Assembly (NCBI RefSeq): GCF_006345805.1
Contig: NC_043009.1
Span: 930,001-994,000 of the forward strand
DNA length: 64,000 bases
From: Octopus sinensis
Taxonomy: Eukaryota
Reading direction: 5' to 3'
In this document: one piece after another, positions 26,201-38,600 of the stretch
Layout of the letters: each line of letters starts with the position of its first letter
How positions within the stretch are numbered: the stretch's first letter is position 1
The notes under the pieces: model-generated
Told to the model about the DNA's origin: nothing
What the model saw: only the letters and a program-made list of their open reading frames with translations
Databases searched by the model: none
Translations under genes and position numbers: made by a program

Positions 26201-29200
26201 CACCTGTGCCAGTGGCACGTTGAGCCTCAAGGAGGTGATGAGTGACTGATACCTTTGGCAATATGTCATGCTTGAGAAGACCCGTCAAACCAAGTGAAAC
26301 TGTAGACGCAGCTGATGCTGGTGTCACATGGGAGACACCTGTGCCAGTGGCACGTTGGGCCTCAAGGAGGTGATAAGTGACTGATACCTTTGGCAATATG
26401 TCATGCTTGAGAAGACCCGTCAAACCAAGTGAAACTGTAGACGCAGCTGATGCTGGTGTCACGTAGGAGACACCTGTGCCAGTGGCACGTTGAGCCTCAA
26501 AGAGGTGATAAGTGACTGATACCTTTGGCAATATGTCATGCTTGAGAAGACCCGTCAAACCAAGTGAAACTGTAGACGCAGCTGATGCTGGTGTCACGTA
26601 GGAGACACCTGTGCCAGTGGCACGTTGGGCCTCAAGGAGGTGATGAGTGACTGATACCTTTGGCAATATGTCATGCTTGAGAAGACCCGTCAAACCAAGT
26701 GAAACTGTAGACGCAGCTGATGCTGGTGTCACGTAGGAGACACCTGTGCCAGTGGCACGTTGAGCCTCAAGGAGGTGATGAGTGACTGATACCTTTGGCA
26801 ATATGTCATGCTTGAGAAGACCCGTCAAACCAAGTGAAACTGTAGACACAGCTGATGTTGGTGTCACGTAGGAGACACCTGTGCCAGTGGAACGTTGGGC
26901 CTCAAGAAGGTGATAAGTGACTGATACCTTTGGCAATATGTCATGCTTGAGAAGACCCCTCAAACCAAGTGAAACTGTAGACGCAGCTGATGCTGGTGTC
27001 ACGTAGGAGACACCTGTGCCAGTGGCACGTTGGGCCTCAAGGAGGTGATGAGTGACTGATACCTTTGGCAATATGTCATGCTTGAGAAGACCCGTCAAAC
27101 CAAGTGAAACTGTAGACGCAGCTGATGCTGGTGTCACGTAGGAGACACCTGTGCCAGTGGCACGTTGAGCCTCAAGGAGGTGATGAGTGACTGATACCTT
27201 TGGCAATATGTCATGCTTGAGAAGACCCGTCAAACCAAGTGAAACTGTAGACACAGCTGATGTTGGTGTCACGTAGGAGACACCTGTGCCAGTGGCACGT
27301 CGGGCCTCAAGGAGGTGATGAGTGACTGATACCTTTGGCAATATGTCATGCTTGAGAAGACCCATCAAACCAAGTGGTTGGTAAGCAAGCTATTTACCAC
27401 ACAGCCACTCCTACGCCTATAATGTTCAATATCATTTTACAGTTAAATCAAAGTAAAAAAAAAAAAACTTACAGATTTGCTAGATTTCGGTTTTTGTAAA
27501 GATTTCTTGGCTTTTACAGCTGCTCCCTGAGCTTGGTGAATTTTTTCTGAAATTATGAAGAAAAAGAAATGAGAAGCACAAAGCATTTACGAGAGTAAAA
27601 ATAATTTTCAAGGATAGCAGAAAGAAATAAAACATTGAAAATTTTACATGAAAAAGCACCCATGCTGGCGTTACATATAAAAGCACCTTGTACACTCTGT
27701 AAAGTGGTTGGCATTAGGAAAGGCATCCAGCCGTAGAAACAGACGACTGGAACCTAGTGCAGCCCTCTGGCTTGCCAGCTCCTGTCAAAGAGTCCAACCC
27801 ATGCCAGCATGGAAAACAAACATTAAATGATTATGATGATGGTGGTGATGATGATGGCATTAATAAACTGATGAAAAATTTTTTAATTATTTTTCATTTT
27901 TTTAACTTAAGATTCAGCAACTTCTTTGCGCATGGCCCACACGTATACCATATCAAACTTTATGGATAAAAATATCTGCATAAATCCTCTGATATTCATC
28001 ATTGGCAATGTTTGCAACACAAAAGAAAACCTGAAAGCTGTCATCTGCAGGCTGTTTCATTGACTAGATCATAGAGTGCCAGTTTTATACCAAATTTCAC
28101 AAATAAAACTTTGCTGGCACCACTGCTTCCTATGCTCAATGGCCTTCAAATACATAAAATTTGAAAAAATAAAGATCTCAGAAAACAGTTGAGGACCAGA
28201 TTTTTCCATTTCTTTGTGCTACCTCACTACACCTGTCTTGATAGCTGGAAAGGCCTTTTCTGTTTGTATTGTATTGTTTTAGTACTGTCTATGTATAATT
28301 ATTCCTTTTGCTTATTGTACAACCGTAAAGCATTTTCTATTGTGTATGTACCATTCCTTGCCTGTCGTATCGTCATTATTTCTTATTGTACACGCAATGT
28401 TATTTTGTCCTGTCCTTGCACACATTCATCAGCTTTTTCTGTAGCTCTATGCTCTGGTGCTCCTGTTAGATAACAGTGGTCTTGCTTTAAATAATGGGAA
28501 AACACTAATGGGAAAGTCAGCTGCAAATGTTCCTTGTAGCGTGTTTTTGTCCAGTTTTCCCTTCTCTATCTAACTTTTGATTATATATATATATATATAT
28601 ATATCATCATCGTTTAACGTCCGCTTTCCGCGCTAGCACGGGTTGGACGGTTCGACCGGGTCTGGGAAGCCAGGGGCCGCTCCAGGCTCCAGTCTGAATC
28701 TGGCAGAGTTTCTACGGCTGGATGCCCTTCCTAACGCCAACCACTCCGTGAGTGGATTGGGTGCTTTTTACGTGCCACCTGCACAGGGGCCGGAGGGTCC
28801 GGCATCGGTCACGATCGGTTCGAGCTTTTAACGTGTCAGCGGCACGGGGGCAACGAGGTCTGGGGTACTTTGGGGATCCAGGGTACTTTGGGGATCCGGG
28901 GTACTTAGAATGGGTAGGGAGTATGTGGAATTGCTGCAGAAAGCAGCCCGGGTCTTTGTAGTCACAGCATATCTCCAGAGATCTCGGTCCTTCGCCATTG
29001 CCTCAGTGAGGCCCAATGCTCTGAGGTCATGCTTGACTACCTCATCCCATGTCTTCCTGGGTCTACCTCTCCCCCTGATACCTTCAACTGTTTGGGAGTG
29101 GCACTTCTTCACACATCTCTCTTCATCCATCCGCAGCACATGACCATACCATCGCAAGCGTCGCTCTTGCACACCACATCTGATGCTTCTTATATCCAGC

Positions 29201-32200
29201 ATTTCTCTCAGGATGCTTACACTCTGTCTTGCGTGCACACTGACACTACACATCCAGCGGATCATGCTAGCTTCATTTCTTTCAAGTCTACGCATGTCTT
29301 CTGCAGTCACAGCCCATGTTTCATTACCGTGAAGCATGGCAGTTCGCACACATGCATCATACAATCTACCTTTTGCTCTGAGGGAGAGACCTTTTGTTGC
29401 CAGTAGGGGTAGGAGCTTTCTGAACTTTGCCCAGGCTATTCGTATTCTAGTGGTGATACTCTCTGTGCATCCACCTCCGCTACTAACTTGGTCACCCAGG
29501 TAGCGGAAACTATCAACTACTTCTAGTTTCTCTCCCTGGAGTGTGATGGAATCTGTTTTCTGAGTGTCTGTTGTGTCTATTGTCCCTGTGCATCTGCCGC
29601 ACATGAAAGCTATCTTCTCGGTTAATTTTCCTTTGATGTTGCTGCACCTCTTATGTGTCCATAACTTACATTGGGTGCATCTTATGGAGTTTCTACCTGT
29701 ACCTTTCCTACAGGTTGAGCAGGGCCACCTACCCGAGGGGGTGTATGCTGAGTACCTCTTGCTGCTTACTAATACTTTGGTCTTTGCTACATTTATTCTA
29801 AGGCCCTTTGATTCCAACCCTTGCTTCCACACCCGAAATTTCTCTTCTAGTTCCGGTAGTGATTCTGCTATGAGAGCTAGGTCATCGGCATAGAGGAGCT
29901 CCCAGGGGCATCCCGTTTTGAATTCCTCTGTTATTGCCTGAAGGACTATGATGAATAAAAGGGGACTGAGGGCTGAGCCCTGGTGCACACCTACTTCTAC
30001 CTGGAATTCTTCACTATATTCGTTGCCAATCCTAACCTTGCTGACAGCCTCTCTGTATAGAGCCTGTACAGCCCTTATTAGCCATTCTTCAATCTCCAGT
30101 TTCCGCATCGACCACCAGATAAGGGAACGGGGAACCCTGTCAAAGGCTTTCTCCAAGTCTACAAAAGCTATGTAGAGGGGTTTATCTTTAGCTAGGTACT
30201 TCTCCTGCAGTTGTCGGACCAGGAATATAGCATCAGTGGTGCTTCTACCTGGTACAAAACCGAACTGCATTTCATCTAAACAAATTCTCTCCCTAATGAG
30301 ATTGGTTATGACCTTCTCTGAGACCTTCATCACCTGGTCCAACAGTTTGATACCTCTGTAGTTATTTCTATCTAGAGCATCACCCTTACCCTTGTAGCAG
30401 TTGACTATGGTGCTGCTGCACCAGTCATTGGGTATGACTCCATTGTGAACTACCTGGTTTACAATGCGGGTGACTATGGCATAGCCCACATAGCCAGCTG
30501 TTTTAAGCATCTCAGCAGTGATTCCTGATAGGCCAGGGGCTTTGCCTGGTTTCATATCCTTAATTGCCTTATCTACAAGGGAGCTGTCTATTCGGGTAGC
30601 TGGTCCCTCTACTGGGTCAACATTTGGCAGGCTCTCCTCCTCCCATTCATTCTCCTCATTCAGCAGTCTTTCATAATGGCTTCTCCAAGCCTCTTTCTTT
30701 TCACTAGTAGTAAAAGCAAGTGCCCCATCATCCATGCGGACACATTTCTCTCCTATAACATCGCTATTTTCTCTGACACACTGTCTGGCAATCCGAAATA
30801 CTTCAGCTCTTTGATCCTCGCGACGCTGGACATTGGCAAACTTCTTCTTTTCTGCTACATCTTTGGCAATGTATACCTGCCGCCCAGCCTCCCTTTTGGC
30901 TATCTGGTACAGTTCCCTGCTGCCCCCATCCTTCCAGGCTTTCCAGGCCCGTCTCTTTTCACAGATGGCTTTATCTACTGCACTATTCCACCACCACGTA
31001 ATTCTAGGTCTGGAAGGGACTTTGCACCATCCACAGACTTGGTCTGTGGCACTCAGCAAGCTGTCCCGTAGGAATTCCCAGCTACCTTCTATGTCTGACG
31101 TCTGAAGCTCCTCCTCCCTCTCATCAAATTTCTTGATGAGTATGTCCCTAAATTTCTGACCGTGCGAAGGGTTCTTTAGCCTCCAAATCCTTCTTTTCTG
31201 GATTGGTTTGTTTCTTGGAGTCCATCTGGCCTCAAGCTTAAAGTCACTCATGATTAGTCTATGCTGAGGGATACATTCTTCACCCGGGAGGGTCTTTGTA
31301 TTCAAGAGCAACCCTGCATCCCGTTGTCTGGTGAGGATGAAGTCTATTTGGCTAGCGGAGTCTCCTGACTGATAAGTTATAAGGTGGCAGACTGGCTTCT
31401 TGAAGTTAGTGTTGCAGATTGAAAGGTTACATGCATCACAGAATTCCAGCAGTCTAGTTCCCTCATCATTTCTGGTGCCAATACCATAGCCACCATGTAC
31501 CCCAGTGAAGATACCCGATTCCCGCCCAACATGCCCATTAAAATCTCCACCTACAAAGATGAGGTCCTTGTTACTAGTCTTTGAAGTAGCCTGCAGAAGG
31601 GTATCATAAAAGTTGTCCTTCTGATCATTTGGTAGTCCCGCTTGTGGGACATAGGCTGAGATAATCATAGCTGTGCCACTCTGTAGGACCAACCTGAGCT
31701 TAAGCACTCTATCACAAACCCTGACAACCTCTATGACCTTATCCACCCATTCCTCCGCAAGGAGAATGCCTACACCCCCTACACCTTCCGCGTTACCTTG
31801 CCAGTAGAGTTTGTACCTAAGTGCCTTGTCCGTGAGGACCCTAGCCGAAGCATCTCTCCATCTTACCTCTTGTATGCAGCATACATCAACCTGTCTTCTC
31901 TCTAGCATCTCTACAATCTCACTAGACTTGCCTGTCAATGTACCAACATTGATAGTGCCAACTCTGAAAACTGGGAAGGAGATGTGGGGGGGATGGGGGG
32001 GATTCGTCGCCTGAGAAGAGGAGGGTTGTTGTGGTGGTGATAGTTTTCGTGGTATTTTTCTTTTGATCTCTCTTCCAACCTGACCACGCCGTGGGCAGGA
32101 GCTGGTGTTAGCAGTGGACATTCGTTATATATATATATATACATCATCACCCAATGTCCGTTTTCCATGCTGGCATGGGCTGGATGGTTTCACTGAGGTC

Positions 32201-32551
32201 TGGAGAGCCAACAGCTGCACCAGGCTCCAATCTGATCTGGCAAGGTTTCTACAGCTGGATGCCCTTCCCAACGCCAACCACACCAAGAGTGTAGTGGATA
32301 CTTTTTATGTGCCACTGGCAGAGGAGCCAGTCAGGTGGGCCTGGCATCGATCATGTTCGGATGGTGCTTTTTACGTACCAACAGCAGGGGAGCCAGTCAA
32401 GCAGACCTGATATCAACCACATTTGAATGGTGCTTTTTACATGTCACTGGCACAGGAGCCAGTCTGGGGGTACTGGCATCGACCATATTCAGTTGGTGCT
32501 TTTTACAGGAACCAGTCAGGCAGACCTGGTATCAACCATGTTCGGATGGTA

Positions 32552-32605
<54 letters not shown>

Positions 32606-35600
32606 ATATATAAATATATATAAATATATATACATACATACACACACACATATATATACAAACATACATATACATAAACACACACACACACACGACTTAC
32701 ATGGCTAATATAGCTACAGTAACCTCTTTTGTGATATAAAAGTGCTTGAACATCTATCCTATAATTTGCTTTACTTTTTCCACATTAGGTAATATTTCCC
32801 CATAGCCGAACATGGTTTTGCAGAATATTGGAAATGAATGATAAGGCTTGTATAAATAGACATTCATCTACAACTATCATATGATGCCAATACAAAGAGA
32901 ACACAAACAGGCTTCTTTCAGTTTCCATCAACCAGATCCACTCACTATGCCCAGTGCTATAGTAGAAGATGCTTGCTCAAGGGGCCACACAGTGGAGCTG
33001 TACTTGAAACCATGTGGTTTGCAAGCAATCTTCTTAACCATACTCTCTCACCTGTGCTTATAAATCTATCTATTGTCGGTGGGTGGACCCGATAAACAAA
33101 ACCAAAATGATATTTATAATGAAATAAATCCCCCCAAAAAATTTTAAATAAAAAAATACAATAATAAAAAACCCCCAGCAATTACCAAATTCTTGTTCGG
33201 TTCGACTTCGATGTAAATAGATCCATAATTTCCTGTTCACGTCGTACTTTACACACGGGTCTTTCTCATAATGTAATCGATCCAAAGCACCACTAACCAC
33301 TGTGTTTATCTGTAAACAAAACTAAATATGTCAACTTCCGGACCAGAAAAAGAACAATTTACAACAAATTCTCAACCAATAAATCAGTCAAACAATTTTG
33401 TTTTATAATTATATTTCAGAAATGATAATTTTGTTTTACTTGCCAAATAAACACACGCACTATATATTCGTTCTTCACTGCATGTGTGTGTGAGCTTGCC
33501 CACAACACTGTTTGTATTCATGCCCCTTATATAGTTGTTACCATTATTGTTGTTGTTCTTAGTGGTACCAATACTTGGTATGTTGATTATCCCTTTGCCT
33601 ACATTTTCTCTTTTGCTGTTGGCTTTTCCCCTACAAAATGGTGAATTATTATCCTAATTCTTTCTACTATAAGTACAAGGGCTGAAATTTTGGCTGGCGG
33701 GAACTAGATGATTATATTCACCTCAGTGCTCAACCAGTACTTATTTGAACAACTCTGAAAGGATGAAAACCAAAGTCAACCTCGCCTGCATTTGAACTCA
33801 GAAGGTAAAGCCAGAAAAATACTACTAAGCTAACGATTCTGCCAGCTTGCTACCTTAAATAGTAGTAGTAGTAGTATGTTTTGTCTTGGTATAAAAGATG
33901 GGCTACAGCAAATATTCTGCTCAGTACCACAGATTTGCTTGTCAGTTGTTTGACCGTAACCAGTTGAGCATGTCCCTTAGTGACTGACGATATGTGCATC
34001 TCTGATCACGAGCAGAAGTAGTGGGGGAGCATCATAGCCATGTGTTGAGAGGGATTCTTTGGGGTTTGAATAATTCACCTCTGGAAACATGGGTGTTTCG
34101 TTCAACATCCTTAAACAACCCTTATTCAAGGAACATCTGAGTGGGATGGGCTACTCGACCTGAGCAAAATTCTAATTGGGCCCCACCTGTAAGGCCATGC
34201 ACTGTTTATCTTGATATGAAATCATCATGTTACACACATTTGGTTGTGTACCCTTATTAGACAGGTAGTCACGATGGGTACACTGGGCTTTGTAGTATTT
34301 TACCCCCGTGTCACTTTGATGTTATGCACTACTCTCTCACTCAATAATAATAATTCTTTCTACTATAGGCACAAATTTGAGGGGACAGGGACTTGTCAGT
34401 TATATTCATCTCAGGGCTCAACTTTTACTTGTTTTATTGATCCTGAAAGTATGAAACACAAAGTCAGCCTCAACAGAATTCGATCTTGGAATGCAAAGAT
34501 GAATTAAATGCTACTAAGCATAGTGCAAATCTCCGCCAAGGCAACACCAACGTCCTCTCAACGATTAACCAGAGAGGATTTTTAAAATGAGAATATCTTA
34601 AATAAACTTGACTGTTCTCACTAATGGGAATACTAAAAATAAACCCAACAGCTCTCAAAAATTAAGTAAAAAATCAGGAAAAATAATCCAGAATCCTTGT
34701 CAGGTACTGGATCAATCCCAAAATCTAATCAATCCATGCCAGTCACGAGGCCTAACATCCCTGAAAGTTCCATCTGAATCCATCTCGTGGTTCTTGAGAT
34801 ATCTTGTCTACGGACAAACAAACAAACAAACATGACAGAAAACAATACCTCTGCCTTCGCTAAGGCAAAGGTAATAATAATAAATTTTTCTATAAGGTCT
34901 GAAATTTTGAGTGAGGGGCACAGTTGATTGCATCAACCCCAGTATTTAACTGGTACTTTATTTTATTGACCCAGGAAGGAATAAGAGGTAAAGTCGACCT
35001 CAGCAGGATTTGAACTGAAAATGTAAAGATCTAGAAGACATACTATAAATCATTTGTTTCCAAGACTCTAACGATTCTGCTAGCTTGCTGTATTTAGATG
35101 TGCTTACCTGTGCATCTGTAATGCCTGGCGCTAAGAACTGCGAATCCTTCAGCAACTCACAAATGTCCCCACGAGTTCCTTCACCGTTAGGTAAACGAGC
35201 AGCAGCATCTCGTACTATCAAAAAACAACAACATTACATTAATTATTATCATTTTCTTTCCAACAACGAGACATCCAATCAAAACAGCCACAAATCATAT
35301 CAATGATATATTTTCCTCTTTTATTTCTAGTAACAATGCACAGAATAAGGACAAATCATGGAACAATTTATCATTTTCGCTCAGATTAACCCTTTCATTA
35401 CCAACCCAGCTGAAACCGGATCTGGCTCTGAGTACAAATGTCCTTTTTTCATAAGTTTTGAATTAAAATCTTCCACCAAACCTTAGTCACAATTTAAGTT
35501 CCTAACACTAGCTTAATGATAACGAAGTTATTTTACTAAATTCTTTGTTATATTTAAAATTAATTGAAAGAAACACAGAGCAGCTCAAAATAAATACAGT

Positions 35601-38600
35601 GGCAAAAGGGTTAATCTTTCAAATATACAAGTAAATAGCAAATAGGTTATAATGTAGGAAAAGATGAATATAATCATGGAAACGAAGCCAAATCAGACTG
35701 GAACCTAGTGCAGCTCCCTGGTTTGCCAGCTCTGTTCAAACCATCCAACCCATTCCAGCATGGAAAACAGATGTTAAATGATGATGGTGATGGTGATGAT
35801 GATGATGATGACAATGATATATATATATATATATATGATGGACTTCCACAGTTTTCATCTAACAAATCCACTCACAAGGTTTGGTCAGCTTGGGGTTATA
35901 GTAGAAGACACTTGTCCGAGGGGCTGTGCAATGGGACTGAACCCAAAATCACACGGTTGGGAAGCAAGCTTCTTAACCACACAGCTGCAGCCGTACCTAT
36001 AGTGAAGCTATCATCATCATCATCACAATCATTTAATATCCGTTTTCTATGCTGGCATGGGTTGGATGGTTTGAGAGGAAGTGGCAAACCAGAGAATTGC
36101 ACCAGGTTCTATTTTCCACTTTGGTATGGTTTCTACGGCTGAATACCCTTCCTGATGCCAACATTGTGCACTGGGAACATTTTATGTGGTACCAACACCA
36201 GCTGGGTTGCCAAGTAACTTGCAAGACAAAGACCTCTCAGCTGGGAGAGAGAGAGAGTGGAACCATGGGAAGTAGCTTTTGAAACAAGCTATGTATTTGT
36301 TGAGATGAGAGTTCTATCCTAGGTAGTGTGACACTTGTGGAGTTTAAAACCTGCTAACAGAGAGTGACAGCAATCTACTTACCTAGCGTTAGAATAGTGA
36401 CATAAGACGGCCGATCTGACACCAGGAGAGCATGTTCCCGTGCTTTATTCATTGTGTTATCTTTACTGTACACTCCTTTCACCGGGCCAACCACCGAATC
36501 ATAGCCATGCATGTGATATGTGAAGCCAAGGTGGGGACATTCAAATCGTTTTCTTTCCTGGAAGTATGAACAAAAAGACAAAAAATTAACAATAGACAAG
36601 ACAAAAAAATTGTATAGAATAGTATGTGCAATAGAGGGGGGGGGGGGTAAGCACTCAGCAAGTTAAAAATCTTTGATGCAGGTTCAACTCCTGGTTGAAT
36701 CATTTCACTCCACTTACTAGATGAACCTGCAATTTGTCACCAACAAGGAGAAAAAAGTGGGGAGGAAGAGAGAAAGATACACAAAAACAGAAAGAGGGAT
36801 AGATAAAGACAGAAATTCTCCTCATTTAACGTCCACTTTCCATGCTGGCATGGGTTGGACAGTTTGACAGACACAGACAAGTCAGAAGACTACACTAAGC
36901 TCTGCTGTTTGCTTTGGCACTGTTTCCACAGCTGGATGCCCTTTCTAATGCCAACCACTTTACAGAATGTACTGAGAGCTAAAGAACTTGGATTTATATT
37001 TTTTATCACATTATAAACTAAGCAAATACCAGAGAAGTGCTCAGTGGTAAATAGTCATAAAGTATACTGAATATGTTGGATTGTGAAATCATTTATGCTA
37101 CAACAACACATCAGTTAACTAACTTGGGTACCTGGCTCTTTTCTGGACATGATAATTGTAATGAATTAAGATCAAAGACCGGATGTAAAATTAGACTTTT
37201 TTATGACTGTCATACTTGCTGCCCTTCAACCCTATCCTATGAACACCAACCATGCTCTCCAGCTCTCCAGCTCCTCAACTTCTTTCCTCCCTCTCTTCAG
37301 GATTCTGCAAATGTAATATCTATGTATGCTGTCTTCATACTCAAATCTCTTTTTACAATCACCATATTATACTTAACCCTTTAGCATTTAACCGGCCATA
37401 TCCAGCCAAAATATTCCGCCTCTTTTATGTTCAAACTGGCCTGATCCAACATCTCACACCTACTTGACAATGTTACAGCAAAAATAAACTATCGCATCAG
37501 TGAATTCTTGAAGCCACAAGATAATGGCTGATTAATCCAAGACAATGTGAATAAATAAGCATTATATTTGACAGAAAAATCTGAATGCCAAAGAGTTACA
37601 CATGGTACTTTCACATTTCTCTGTCCCCCTGAACTCTTCCTTACAGTAAATTACCTTGAACTTGGCATTCCCAACTTTAGTTCTTCCTTCATCATCATTT
37701 CAACACCCACTTTTCCATGTTTCCATGGGTCAGACACAGTTTACTGAAATGGGTTTTCTACAGCCAGATGCCTTTCCTGTCACCAAACCTCACCTATATC
37801 CAAGCAAGGTGATAGTGCTCTGTAGCCAGATATGTTCTCACAGAAGATTGGAAATGAATGACACTGCTTGTATGACAATAATATTCATCACGCAATGTTA
37901 AGACAAGGAGACACACACACAGAATGGGCTGCTTTGAGTTTCCTTCTACTAAATCCACTTATAAGGCTTTGGTCAGCCTGGGGCTATAGTAGAAGACATT
38001 TGCTCAAGGTACCACACAGTGGGACAGAACCTGAAACCATAACGTTGGGAAGCAAACTTCTTACCACACAACCTGCATCAACGCTGCTGGCAGTTTCTTA
38101 ATTGTCAAGATTCATAACCACCTCACCCCAGACCTTTTTAAAATCCCTGTTCCCCAAATCTTCAATATTTTTTAAACTGGAAATCAGAAGCCATCTCACT
38201 TAACAATGTTAAATGTTAGATACCTTTTGACTAACATACACATGAACGTAGCACTTGCACACTTCTTTGCCCCTCTGAAGTCTTCCTTACTGTAAATTAC
38301 TTCTCATTCTCTAGTGGGTGCTACCAACAGTTGAGTGGAATATTAACAGGCACTAAGACGGTCCTTACTTTTGCCAAAGTGCTTGTTGGGCCACATTTAA
38401 GTTAAAATTTTCACCTAGTTTACTGGGCCAACCAAGTACCTTGATAACTGTATTGGTAGCATGTCACTCACCAGAGATCAATTCATACTTTCCCTATCCT
38501 ATATCAGTCATTACCATCCTACACTAGAATTTACCTCCAATATTCTCTGAAAATTCCATTAATTTCCCAGACATTTCTGTCTTTATTAGTAACCTCCACC

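Noticed and set aside
18930-27368. Long 45-aa-repeat ORFs (617, 739, 373, 302, 572 aa) as a protein-coding gene or NFRKB exon
   Set aside because: They are a by-product of a 135-bp unit lacking stops in one frame. The unit is LINE-derived on the opposite strand, there is an upstream in-frame stop, and the NFRKB exons at 27473 and 18576 join in phase without it.
19142-27376. CRISPR array
   Set aside because: There are no unique spacers (whole units repeat), no cas genes, and the context is a eukaryotic intron.
29029-32014. Plus-strand ORFs overlapping the RTEs (also 61185-63584)
   Set aside because: They are antisense shadows of long coding sequence with no recognisable motifs.
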